Shown one piece after another: positions 9,681-18,714 of a stretch of 64,000 nucleotides of DNA. The position numbers and the translations under genes were made by a program. The notes under the pieces are model-generated. The model saw only the letters and a program-made list of their open reading frames with translations, was not told where the DNA came from and searched no databases. The stretch comes from an uncultured Pseudomonadales bacterium. Lineage in GTDB: Bacteria; Patescibacteriota; Microgenomatia; UBA1400; PJMF01. Position 1 is the stretch's first letter. Every line of letters begins with the position of its first letter. The stretch is from contig CAZUHV010000003.1 in assembly GCA_964620965.1 (NCBI GenBank), positions 98,093-162,092 on the forward strand. The letters run 5' to 3'.

Positions 9681-9808
9681 ACTGAATCTGAAATAATCAG
9701 AAGTGTTCCACAAATAGTATTGTTTTTTATTTTATTTCAGTTCAACAGAACGTATTTAATACAGAATTTATCATTTTTTAATAATTACCAAGAAAATATA
9801 GTCTTTTT

Positions 9809-11179
9809 ATGACAGAAACAAACTCTGGCAATGGAGCCAAAACAGTAATAGTTAGTAGTTCTAAGGTAGAAACAAACACAATGCCTGAAACAAACCAAAC
9901 AATAAGTAATCAAGAGGAAACACCAAAAGTAAAGCCAGTTCGTGTAGCTAAAACAGCAAAAAGTATCCCAGTTGTTCCTCTCAATAAAAACGGAAAATCA
10001 AACACTATCTCTGATTTTTCATCAGAGGAAAAAGGTAGAAAGTCAGATAACACAAAAGAGCTGACTGGATTTTTAGACACCTCAAGAGATGGACATGGAG
10101 TGATTCGTGTCACTTTAAGGGGTGAAGACGAAATGGATGCATATATTGCAACCTCTCAGATTAAAAAACTTAACTTAAGGTCTGGCGACATGGTCACTGG
10201 TCCTGCTAGAGAACCAAAAGAAAACGAACGTTTTTGGGGAATGGTAAAAGTTGATAAAGTGAATGGGCTTGAACTAGAAGAGTTTAGAAGACAACAAAGA
10301 GTTAAATTCCATAAACTTACTCCTGTGTATCCAGACTCTCAAATTAAACTAGAAATGGGAGCAGAACCTTTAGATTTAAGAGTTATAGATATGGTTGCTC
10401 CAATTGGAAAAGGACAAAGAAGTTTGATTGTTTCTCCTCCAAAGGCTGGTAAAACAACACTTTTAAAGAATATTGCCTCTGGTGTGGCAAAAAATCACCC
10501 AGAAATTCACATAATGGCAGTTCTTGTTGGTGAACGCCCAGAAGAAGTTACCGATATCAGTAGACATATAGACAGAATTACTAATGGAAAAGGTGAAGTT
10601 GCAGCAAGCAACTTTGACGAATCTGCAAAAGATCAATGTAGAGTTGCAGAGCTAGCACTCGAAAGAGCAAAGCGTTTAGTAGAAGAAGGTAAAGATGTTT
10701 TAATTCTTTTAGACTCTATTACCAGACTTGCTCGTGCGTATAACTTGGCTATTCCAACTTCTGGAAGAACTCTTTCTGGTGGGTTTGACCCAGCAGCATT
10801 GTTCCCACCAAAGAAATTCTTTGGTGCAGCTCGTAACTTTGAAATTCAAGGAAGTCTCACTATTGTTGGTACAGCTCTTGTAGAGACTGGTTCTAGAATG
10901 GATGATCTTGTATACGAAGAATTCAAGGGAACTGGTAACCAAGAAGTACATTTAGACAGAAGATTAGCTGAAAGAAGAATTTTCCCAGCGATTGATGTTC
11001 AAAGATCTGGTACAAGAAGAGACGACTTATTGATTACAGGCATGGAGTATCAACAAATTATGACTCTTCACAGAATGCTTGATATGCTTGATAAAGAACA
11101 AAGAACTCAAACAATGATTGATAACCTCAAGAAAACCAAGAGCAACAAAGAGTTCCTCGCTTCCTTGAAGAATGGGTAG
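9809..11179 (+). CDS. rho: Transcription termination factor Rho (with ~110-aa N-terminal extension)
   Basis: Walker [15 protein letters not shown]. The Q- and R-loop region [68 protein letters not shown] is diagnostic for Rho. Confidence 0.95.
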   Translation: MTETNSGNGAKTVIVSSSKVETNTMPETNQTISNQEETPKVKPVRVAKTAKSIPVVPLNKNGKSNTISDFSSEEKGRKSDNTKELTGFLDTSRDGHGVIRVTLRGEDEMDAYIATSQIKKLNLRSGDMVTGPAREPKENERFWGMVKVDKVNGLELEEFRRQQRVKFHKLTPVYPDSQIKLEMGAEPLDLRVIDMVAPIGKGQRSLIVSPPKAGKTTLLKNIASGVAKNHPEIHIMAVLVGERPEEVTDISRHIDRITNGKGEVAASNFDESAKDQCRVAELALERAKRLVEEGKDVLILLDSITRLARAYNLAIPTSGRTLSGGFDPAALFPPKKFFGAARNFEIQGSLTIVGTALVETGSRMDDLVYEEFKGTGNQEVHLDRRLAERRIFPAIDVQRSGTRRDDLLITGMEYQQIMTLHRMLDMLDKEQRTQTMIDNLKKTKSNKEFLASLKNG

Positions 11180-11209
11180 CTCTTAGCTATACTTAACTTT
11201 GAATATTTT

Positions 11210-12322
11210 GTGATGGTAAAGATAACGTTACGATTACGAGCTCCTCAGGTGATAAAAGATATCTCTGCATATCTTACTTTCTTGAAGTGGTATTTCCGAA
11301 GTAGAGTATACAAATGGTTCTCAAAGTTTGAAGTTTTTAAAGATTATCTAGTCGATATGTTATATAAAAAGAGAGGAAAATATGTTCGTCCTTTCTTACA
11401 TTTTGGCACTATTGGGCTTATCTTTTTTGCTATTACAGTTGGTCCCGTTATTTTTACTTCTAATAATGAAAAGCAAGAGGCTTCAAGTAACGTTCTAAGT
11501 TCTACTGTGTATGGTTCTGATTTCTTGACCAAACAAGCAGAAGAAGTGCGTCAATTTAGAGGTGGTGAGATTATTACTCATATTGTTGGAGAGGGCGAAA
11601 CGATTTCGAGTATTGCGGAACTCTATGGTTTGCAACAAGATACAGTGCTCTGGGAAAATGGTTTATCTGCTACAAGTAAGATTAAACCAGGAGATGAATT
11701 GCGAATTTTGCCAATTGATGGTGTTCGACACAAAGTTACTCGAGGTGAAACCATTTATTCAATTGGAAAAAAATATAAACTTGATGAAGCTCAAGTCCAG
11801 GTGATTGTTGACTATCCATTTAACGAATTTTTAAATGATGAGACCTTTGAGTTGGCAACTGGACAGTATGTCATGGTTCCTGATGGTGTGAAGGCTGCGG
11901 TTTCTACTCAACCAGTTACAAGAACTGTGTATACAACTCCAGACGCAGGTGCAGTTACAGCTTCTGGTTCTTTTGTATGGCCAGCATCAGGAAGAATTAC
12001 TCAAGGGTACAGGTTCTATCACAAGGCATGGGATATCGCAAACGGTGGTGGTGGTCCTATTCTTGCAGCAGATGCAGGCACTGTTGTTGCAGCAGGTTGG
12101 GATGCATCTGGATATGGTAACAAAGTTGTTATAGATCATGGCAATGGATTCCTCACTTTGTATGCACACCAAAGTGTACTTCAAGTTCAAGTTGGCCAAA
12201 GAGTTAATCGTGGTGATGTGATCGGACAAATGGGAAGCACAGGACGTTCAACAGGTACTCACTTGCACTTTGAAATTCGACAAGGGGGTGTGTTACTCGA
12301 TCCGGGCAATTTCCTCAGGTAA
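11210..12322 (+). CDS. LysM-domain M23 family metallopeptidase (peptidoglycan hydrolase), N-terminal TM
   Basis: Two LysM repeats (GETISSIAELYGL..., GETIYSIGKKYKL...). The C-terminal M23 motifs are HKAWDIA...GYGNKVVIDHGNGFLTLYAHQS...GSTGRSTGTHLHFEI. Confidence 0.85.
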   Translation: MMVKITLRLRAPQVIKDISAYLTFLKWYFRSRVYKWFSKFEVFKDYLVDMLYKKRGKYVRPFLHFGTIGLIFFAITVGPVIFTSNNEKQEASSNVLSSTVYGSDFLTKQAEEVRQFRGGEIITHIVGEGETISSIAELYGLQQDTVLWENGLSATSKIKPGDELRILPIDGVRHKVTRGETIYSIGKKYKLDEAQVQVIVDYPFNEFLNDETFELATGQYVMVPDGVKAAVSTQPVTRTVYTTPDAGAVTASGSFVWPASGRITQGYRFYHKAWDIANGGGGPILAADAGTVVAAGWDASGYGNKVVIDHGNGFLTLYAHQSVLQVQVGQRVNRGDVIGQMGSTGRSTGTHLHFEIRQGGVLLDPGNFLR

Positions 12323-12350
12323 TATATACTTTTAGTGGTATAATACTATC
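12323..12350 (+). promoter_or_regulatory. Candidate extended -10 promoter for obg (TGgTATAAT)
   Basis: tttTagTGgTATAATact lies ~50 nt upstream of the obg ATG. The -35 is unclear. Confidence 0.3.
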
Positions 12351-12393
12351 CTATATATCAATAAAAATAAGTAAAGAATAAGAAAAGTATTCA

Positions 12394-13629
12394 ATGATTG
12401 ATTTAGTTAAACTCATATTAGTTGCAGGAGACGGTGGACGTGGACGCGTTTCTTTTTTGCGTCTTCGAAAAGTTCCTAAAGGTGGTCCAGACGGTGGAGA
12501 CGGAGGAAACGGTGGGCACGTTATTATTCGTGGAAACAAAAATTTAGCTACACTCAAGCATTTTCAAGGTAAAGTTTTGTATGAAGCAAATGATGGAGTT
12601 GCCGGAGATAAGCGCAAAAAGATTGGTGCAAAAGGAGAGTCTTTAATTTTAGAGGTGCCAATTGGAACTAGTATCGGAGTTGTTGCAGAGAATGATATCG
12701 CAAAGAAGAGAAGAACCTTTGTTGGAATCAATACGTTGCTCAAACGAGATGCTGTTCGCATGCAGAAATTTCATCTTGAAAGAGAAGGTGCTCAAATTCC
12801 AGAACAGTATTACCAAACCCTCCAGGTTCTTGGAACAGACGAGGAAGTAGAACCAGACGTTCAAGAAATCTTGCAAGCAACAAAAAAGGTTGAGCCAACA
12901 ATTGTTGCCGAAATAACAGAAGATGGTCAAGAAATTGTTATTTGTCAGGGTGGTTTTGGGGGAAGAGGAAACGAACGTTTTAAATCTTCAATCAATACAA
13001 CTCCTTTAGAAGCAGAGTTTGGATCAGAAGGTGAAAAGCGAGCAGTTGTTTTAGAGCTTAAGCTCTTAGCAGATGTTGGGCTTGTCGGCTTCCCAAATGC
13101 TGGAAAAAGCACTTTTTTGTCTGTTGTTACTAAAGCTCGACCAAAGATTGCAAACTACCCATTTACAACGATAGAACCAAATTTAGGGGTTATTACCTAT
13201 GATGATGCAGGTGAAGATGGACTCAACGAACTTGTTGTTGCAGATATTCCTGGTTTGATAGAAGGCGCAAGTGAAGGCAAAGGTTTGGGTCATGACTTTT
13301 TAAGACATGTTGAGAACACAAGAGTGTTGATGTTTGTGCTTGCTCTTGATGAAACTGAAGCTTTTGATACAACCATTACAGATTCAGATAGAGCAGAGTT
13401 ACTCGTGGATCAGTTTAATAAATTAAAGTTAGAGCTTGAAAAACATAGTAATCTTTTAGAAGACAAGAATTATTTAGTTACGATCAATAAATCTGATTTT
13501 TATTCTCCAGAGTTAATTGAAGTAATCAAAAAACGATTCGAAGCAGAGTCAGTAGTTGTACATTTCTTTTCTGGAGCAACTCAAACAGGGTTATCAGAAA
13601 TAAAAGCAGAGCTTCGCAAGTTAGTTTAA
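12394..13629 (+). CDS. obg: GTPase Obg/CgtA
   Basis: The Obg-fold Gly-rich N-terminus is ILVAGDGGRGRVSFLRLRKVPKGGPDGGDGGNGGHVII. The G1 motif is GFPNAGKSTFLS. The G3 motif is DIPGLIEGA. Confidence 0.9.
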   Translation: MIDLVKLILVAGDGGRGRVSFLRLRKVPKGGPDGGDGGNGGHVIIRGNKNLATLKHFQGKVLYEANDGVAGDKRKKIGAKGESLILEVPIGTSIGVVAENDIAKKRRTFVGINTLLKRDAVRMQKFHLEREGAQIPEQYYQTLQVLGTDEEVEPDVQEILQATKKVEPTIVAEITEDGQEIVICQGGFGGRGNERFKSSINTTPLEAEFGSEGEKRAVVLELKLLADVGLVGFPNAGKSTFLSVVTKARPKIANYPFTTIEPNLGVITYDDAGEDGLNELVVADIPGLIEGASEGKGLGHDFLRHVENTRVLMFVLALDETEAFDTTITDSDRAELLVDQFNKLKLELEKHSNLLEDKNYLVTINKSDFYSPELIEVIKKRFEAESVVVHFFSGATQTGLSEIKAELRKLV

Positions 13630-13692
13630 AGTTTGATTTTCAATAGTATTGAAGGCTTGGACCCACAAAAGTTTTACATCTTGCATACCAGC

Positions 13693-13758
13693 TCCTTTCC
13701 TTCGAAAAGGAGGGTCTGCAATAATAAAAAACCCGCCTTTCGGCGGGTCTTTCTTTTG
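13693..13758 (+). terminator. Two tandem hairpins; the second is a canonical intrinsic terminator (ACCCGCC-TTTC-GGCGGGT + CTTTCTTTTG) downstream of obg
   Basis: CTCCTTTCCTTCGAAAAGGAGG (13693-13714) and ACCCGCCTTTCGGCGGGT (13731-13748) followed by a T-rich run. An A5 run precedes, so it could also serve the convergent minus-strand gene ending at 13801. Confidence 0.65.
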
Positions 13759-13800
13759 TAATTCAAATTTAGAATTATGTTTTTGAGTTATTTCCCAAAA

Positions 13801-15912
13801 TTAGTTAGCTTGTTCTTCAGCTGGTGGTTGCTGTGTAGGAAGGTTCTCTACTGGAACAGGCTCTGATTCTGGGGTAATAGTATCAGCATTGTTCAAGTTT
13901 TGCTCTGTGATAGAAGGAGTTTTTACACTATTTTCATCTTCAAGCTCACCTGAAAGCGGAGTCTGACCATTTCCTTGAGTTTGCTCTGTTGTTTCAGGCT
14001 CTAAGCTGATCTTGTTTTCTTCCATGTATTTTTCAAGTTCTGCAATTCTGTTAGTAACTGCAGTGTAGTCTTCGCTGTCTGCAGGCAAGAGTACGAGAGT
14101 TCTTTGGAAAGAAAGTCTTGCTTCTCTGAGTGCATCTGGAGTGTTAACGAGTACAAGCATTTCACCTCTTCTGTAGTGAGAGATTGCCAAATCAGCTTTT
14201 AAGTTGATTGCTTGATCATAAATTCCAAGTGCTTGTTGATACGCTTCTTGTCCTACAAAGACTGCTGCTAAGTCTAATCTAAGAAGAGGATCTGTTGGAT
14301 TAGTCTCAATAGCGGTAACATAAGATTGAACAGTCCAGTTAACAGCATCCTCGCTGACACCTATTAAGTTGTTGTAGACTTGCGCAAGATTTGTCCAGTT
14401 CTGTGAATCTGCACCATCTAGTGTTGTTGCAGCTCTTGCTTCTGTAACACTTTGTTGTAACAGTGCTGAAACTTGTTGTTTCTCGTTTTCTGTGATGTCT
14501 GCTTTGTTAGAGAGAGCAATAGCAATTAACGCACTTGTTGCAGAATATCTTCTTCTAAAGACATCATAGTAAGGGTTAATTGTAACAGCTTTTTGCTGGA
14601 GCTCATATGCTTTTACAATATCGTTGTTAGCAATTGCTCTCGAAGAATCAGCCATAACAATGTTTGCTTGAAGAGTTCTTGCAGCTAAATATCCAACTCC
14701 CAAAACACCAACTAATGCGATCCCTGTACCAATATAGAAAGGAATGTTCATTGGGTTTTTTCTCTCGCTTAAAGTTTCTGGCTTGTTAAGCATTTTAAAC
14801 TTAAGTGCATGCATTTGAAGTAATGGAAGTCTGTGTTTTTCATTTGCAACTAAACATGCGAGTGCAATTGCTTGCAAGGTAAGCATGATTGTGTTGAATG
14901 GTAACACTAAGTTAAGCAAGAAAGAGAAAATAATGAAAACTCCGATTGCTTTACTACCAACGAGTGAGTTTTTATGGAACTTGAATGATTTTAGCACTAC
15001 AAGTACCCAAGCAACTAATCCAAAAATACCCATTGTTGTAACTAAACTGAGAGGCATGTTTGCACCTTGTGAAAACACAACTGCCCAGTTATTTGTACCA
15101 TTCATCCAAACAGGTTTAAAGATTTGGTATGCATTTCTGTATGAACTAACACCTGCTCCAATTAAAGCTGATTTTGGTGCTCTAATTGTGTCGAGCATAA
15201 TTGACCAGCTAGTTGCGAATGGAGGAAGCGTAAGAGCTGTTTCTTTTCCTGGAAGGAGATTCCATGCAAAAATACCTGCTCCAATTACGAGTACTGGAAG
15301 TGTTACTGCAAAGAATTTGCTCAGTTTTTTTGTTGATACAACATGTACAAGAACAGTGATGAGTGTGAGCCCAACAACTTGTAGCGCAATAAATGGAGAA
15401 CCAGCAATGTTAAAACTCATTGAGGTTGGTAATGCAGCTCCGAGTGCTTTATTGATCATTTGAGCAGGTCCAAATCCAACCATTTGTAGAACAGTTAAAA
15501 GAGTTAAGCCGACGGATGATCCTGTTAACATGTACAAGAATTTTTCTGTACTGTCTTTTGGCATAATGTTTCCACCTAAAAGAGCTATTACAGAAGTTGC
15601 AAGGAAAACTCCACCAAGACCTAATAGGCCTTCAACAGGATAGTCTGCAGTAAAGAAAGTTGAAGCAAGTGTTGCAATAGCAAAAAGCACAAGCATTCCA
15701 GAAACGGGACTAACTGAAACTCTTACAGCTCTTTCTTTAAAAGTTTTAGCAACAAACAAGAGAAGCACAAGAATTGCTCCAAAAACTAAAGTGTAAAACT
15801 TAGTATGCTCAATAAAACTATCTGTAACTGGTACTACTAGGAGAGTAGAAAGTACTCCTATAGCCAGGACAGAAACAAGCGATACTTTTTTGAAAAGTGA
15901 ATCTGTATTCAT
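13801..15912 (-). CDS. Polytopic membrane protein, O-antigen-ligase (Wzy_C)-like core with C-terminal TPR repeats and acidic/Pro-rich tail
   Basis: Roughly 12 predicted TM helices in the first ~420 aa. A loop GAGVSSYRNAYQ...SQGANMPLSLVTTMGIFGL resembles the GxGxxxY...HNxyL...GxxG loop of Wzy_C/WaaL/PglL-type proteins, though the His is not conserved. C-terminal TPR-like repeats and a PE-rich tail follow. Confidence 0.4.
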   Translation of the reverse strand: MNTDSLFKKVSLVSVLAIGVLSTLLVVPVTDSFIEHTKFYTLVFGAILVLLLFVAKTFKERAVRVSVSPVSGMLVLFAIATLASTFFTADYPVEGLLGLGGVFLATSVIALLGGNIMPKDSTEKFLYMLTGSSVGLTLLTVLQMVGFGPAQMINKALGAALPTSMSFNIAGSPFIALQVVGLTLITVLVHVVSTKKLSKFFAVTLPVLVIGAGIFAWNLLPGKETALTLPPFATSWSIMLDTIRAPKSALIGAGVSSYRNAYQIFKPVWMNGTNNWAVVFSQGANMPLSLVTTMGIFGLVAWVLVVLKSFKFHKNSLVGSKAIGVFIIFSFLLNLVLPFNTIMLTLQAIALACLVANEKHRLPLLQMHALKFKMLNKPETLSERKNPMNIPFYIGTGIALVGVLGVGYLAARTLQANIVMADSSRAIANNDIVKAYELQQKAVTINPYYDVFRRRYSATSALIAIALSNKADITENEKQQVSALLQQSVTEARAATTLDGADSQNWTNLAQVYNNLIGVSEDAVNWTVQSYVTAIETNPTDPLLRLDLAAVFVGQEAYQQALGIYDQAINLKADLAISHYRRGEMLVLVNTPDALREARLSFQRTLVLLPADSEDYTAVTNRIAELEKYMEENKISLEPETTEQTQGNGQTPLSGELEDENSVKTPSITEQNLNNADTITPESEPVPVENLPTQQPPAEEQAN

Positions 15913-16094
15913 GTCGTTTCCCGTCTGTACTATTTTACTTACATTTATTCAACCTCCATTTAATCAAGTTATGAGTGAGTTGTAAAGGGTAGTATTTACT
16001 GGTAATTTTTGCAGTTTTTGCGGTTAATTATTATGGGATTTTAAGCTATTTTCGCAAATTAAGTTCTAGCTTTGCATATAGTAGTGTAGTATAA

Positions 16095-16757
16095 ATGTAC
16101 TATATGAACAAAAGACAGAAAAAATCGGGTCTTTCAATGATTGAAATCTTGATTGTTACTGCTGTCATTGGTGTTTTAATTCTTGCTGCGCTTTCTATAC
16201 TTCCACAACAGATAAATAAGAGTCGAGATGGCAGAAGAAAGAGTGATTTACAAAAGATAAAAATAGCATTTGAAAACTATTTTAGTGATAATGACTGTTA
16301 TCCAGACCCAGATATTTTAAATAATTGCGGAGGCACTGATTTACAACCTTATTTAGCAAGCATTCCCTGTGATCCACAAACTAAAACAAGATATTTATAT
16401 GCCCCAGAAGAAGTGAGTTGTCCTCATTACTATAGAGTATATGCAAATCTTGAGATTGACGTTGACCCAGTTATAACAGAGCTTGGATGTAACTTAGCAG
16501 GAGGTTGTGGGGCATACGCATTTTTTGGTGAAGAAATAGGAAGTGATGCGTTTGACTATAACTATGGAGTTTCCGAAGGGGTCCCGGTTGCTAACCAAGA
16601 AGGATCTGTGCCGCCGGGAACACAAGGATATTGTTGCCAAGTTATGGGTGATCAATGTAATGTTTGGACTCAAGGAGATGGTGTTTGTAATTTAGGATTT
16701 TACTTTACTCAGCCTGAATGTAATGCGGGATGTGGTTTTAGTGGAGAAATGAATTAA
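16095..16757 (+). CDS. Type IV pilin/pseudopilin (prepilin N-terminal cleavage-methylation motif), Cys-rich C-terminal domain
   Basis: KKSG|LSMIEILIVTAVIGVLIL has a basic leader, Gly, Glu at +5 and a hydrophobic helix. The C-terminal half has many Cys. Confidence 0.7.
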   Translation: MYYMNKRQKKSGLSMIEILIVTAVIGVLILAALSILPQQINKSRDGRRKSDLQKIKIAFENYFSDNDCYPDPDILNNCGGTDLQPYLASIPCDPQTKTRYLYAPEEVSCPHYYRVYANLEIDVDPVITELGCNLAGGCGAYAFFGEEIGSDAFDYNYGVSEGVPVANQEGSVPPGTQGYCCQVMGDQCNVWTQGDGVCNLGFYFTQPECNAGCGFSGEMN

Positions 16758-16760
16758 TAT

Positions 16761-17324
16761 ATGAAAGCTAAAAAAATAAACTCAGTTAAGAATAAAAAAA
16801 TTTTTGGTTTTACGATGATTGAGTTGCTTATTGTGATTGTCATTATGGGAATTTTATCCGCAATTGGGCTTGGTACTTTTACGTCATCGCAGATGAAAGC
16901 AAGAGATAGTAAAAGAAAATCAGACTTAAGGACAATAGGTGATGCGCTTGAGGTGTATTACAATGATCTAGGTTCTTATCCACTTTCTGATGGTAATGGG
17001 GGAATACTTGGCTGTGGAGTCGATGCAGCAGAACTTTGTTCTGGTGGAACTATATGGCAAAACACTACTAACTCAACTACCTATATGGTTCAAATGCCCG
17101 AAGATCCAAGTGGAGGAAAATATTACTATATTTCTGATGGAAGTTACTATCAGATTTATGCCAACCTAGAGAATGATCAAGATAGAGATGTTCCTAAAGA
17201 TGTTGATGATAACCCGTTGAGCTATGATAACCCTGAGGCCGAATCAGGAAATGATGCTTGTACGATTGGCGATTGTAATTACGGAAAAAGCAGTACAAAT
17301 ATTGATTTAGGAACTACATTCTAA
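16761..17324 (+). CDS. Type IV pilin
   Basis: KKIFG|FTMIELLIVIVIMGILSAIGL is a canonical GFTxIE prepilin motif. Confidence 0.75.
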   Translation: MKAKKINSVKNKKIFGFTMIELLIVIVIMGILSAIGLGTFTSSQMKARDSKRKSDLRTIGDALEVYYNDLGSYPLSDGNGGILGCGVDAAELCSGGTIWQNTTNSTTYMVQMPEDPSGGKYYYISDGSYYQIYANLENDQDRDVPKDVDDNPLSYDNPEAESGNDACTIGDCNYGKSSTNIDLGTTF

Positions 17325-17349
17325 TCCAAGTAGTGCCGGTCACATCTTT

Positions 17350-17853
17350 TTGTTAAGGAGAAATATGAAGAAAAGCAGAGCACAGTTTAGTAAAGGTTTT
17401 ACTTTGATAGAGCTATTAGTTGTTATAGCCATTATCGGTGTTTTGACAGCTGTACTCCTTGTTAACTTAGTTGGGATTCGTGAAAGAGGAGCAGACACTA
17501 AGAAAAAAGCAGACCTCAATCAACTTAAGAATGCCTTGAGGTTGTATTACAACGATTATCAGGCCTATCCAAGTGCTTCTGGTCCAAGTGCTTCTGGCGG
17601 GATACTTATGGGTTGTACAGATGGTACAAGTGCTTGTGCACAAGTAGGTGGAAGTTCCCTAACCAATGCTTCTGGGACAGTGTACATGAAGGAAGTTCCA
17701 GAATATGTTGAATATTCTGTTGGGGCAGGTAGTGAAACTTTTTATGTTGGAGTTACTTTGAGTAATCCATCAGATCCAGAAGCAGCTGCGAGTGGTTCAA
17801 AATGTGGAGTAGGAGTACCTACAGAAGGTGTATTCTACGTTTGTACGGACTAG
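17350..17853 (+). CDS. Type IV pilin
   Basis: FSKG|FTLIELLVVIAIIGVLTAVLL. The KKADLNQLKNALRLYYNDYQAYP region parallels the ...DLRTIGDALEVYYNDLGSYP region of the preceding gene, so the two are paralogues. Confidence 0.75.
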   Translation: MLRRNMKKSRAQFSKGFTLIELLVVIAIIGVLTAVLLVNLVGIRERGADTKKKADLNQLKNALRLYYNDYQAYPSASGPSASGGILMGCTDGTSACAQVGGSSLTNASGTVYMKEVPEYVEYSVGAGSETFYVGVTLSNPSDPEAAASGSKCGVGVPTEGVFYVCTD

Positions 17854-18018
17854 GTTATTTTGTATAAACAGAAACTTTATTATTGGTGATTATCGCAACC
17901 AGTGTTTGAACATTCTCCAAGAATATTGATGACTCCAGGAACGTTATTTGTTGAGAGAGTGTAACTTTTCTCTTACAATTTGACATAAAGACATATTTAT
18001 GTCAAAATAACCGGCAAT

Positions 18019-18243
18019 ATGCAACTCACAAGAACTACTATCCGTTTACAAAAGCCACTACAAATTGCTGCCAAAAAAAAGGCAGAAGAGTTAGACATTT
18101 CTTTTCAAACATTATTGACTCGAGCACTTGAAGCATATTTATCCGATGTAAGCAAAAAGAAAGCTACAGAGATTATTTTCAAAGGTAAGAACATAGGGGC
18201 AAACTTAGACAACCTTACTAGAGAAGATATATATGCTGATTGA
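18019..18243 (+). CDS. Antitoxin (VapB-like, putative ribbon-helix-helix)
   Basis: A 74-aa protein that overlaps the downstream PIN gene by 11 nt. The N-terminus TTIRLQKPLQIAAKKKAEELDISFQTLLTRALEAYL is RHH-like. Confidence 0.5.
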   Translation: MQLTRTTIRLQKPLQIAAKKKAEELDISFQTLLTRALEAYLSDVSKKKATEIIFKGKNIGANLDNLTREDIYAD

Positions 18244-18658
18244 CACAAACATTCTAGTATACTCACTAAATTATGGCTCATCAAAGAGTGATGTAGCACG
18301 AGAGTTCATTAAAAACATTGTAAGAAACTCTAATACAGTCCCAGTTATTGCACATCAAAATGTTTTCGAGTTTTTAAGAGTTGTTACTCATAAAAAATAT
18401 CCAAACAGATTTTCAATAGCACAAGCTATTAGTGCATTAGAACCAATTAAAGATACCATTAAAATAATTTATCCAACAAAAGAAACACAGGATATTGCTT
18501 TGGCGCTGATTCAAAAATACTCGGTCGCTGGAAGCGAGGTATTCGATGCTTATTTGGTTGCAACTGCTTTGAGTAATGACTGTTTTGAAATTGCAACAGA
18601 CAACGAAAAACACTTAGGTAAATATCAAGAAATACAAGTTGTTAATCCGTTTAAATGA
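18233..18658 (+). CDS. vapC: PIN-domain toxin (VapC-like ribonuclease)
   Basis: MLIDTNILVYSL supplies the first acidic residue of the PIN N-terminal motif. The length is ~140 aa. The later D (FDAYLVATAL) is consistent with a PIN fold. The start overlaps the antitoxin gene. Confidence 0.7.
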   Translation: MLIDTNILVYSLNYGSSKSDVAREFIKNIVRNSNTVPVIAHQNVFEFLRVVTHKKYPNRFSIAQAISALEPIKDTIKIIYPTKETQDIALALIQKYSVAGSEVFDAYLVATALSNDCFEIATDNEKHLGKYQEIQVVNPFK

Positions 18659-18714
18659 GTTTTAGCAAGTGGTTTTTTGGATAATTAAGCAATATTAAGT
18701 TTAGATTTATAGAA

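Noticed and set aside
9422-9812. ORFs 9422..9655 (minus) and 9609..9812 (plus) in the rho upstream region
   Set aside because: Short, with no RBS and no motifs. They overlap structured hairpin elements and are more likely non-coding leader sequence.
12351-12557. 68-aa minus-strand ORF overlapping the obg start
   Set aside because: Pro-rich antisense translation of the Gly-rich Obg N-terminal domain.
14885-15463. 192-aa plus-strand ORF inside the O-antigen-ligase-like gene
   Set aside because: Antisense to a convincing 703-aa polytopic membrane protein frame. No motifs.
16040-16094. Possible sigma70 promoter TTGCAT...TATAAA upstream of the first pilin gene
   Set aside because: The spacer does not fit 16-18 nt with a consensus -10 in any register. 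Too ambiguous in AT-rich DNA to call.
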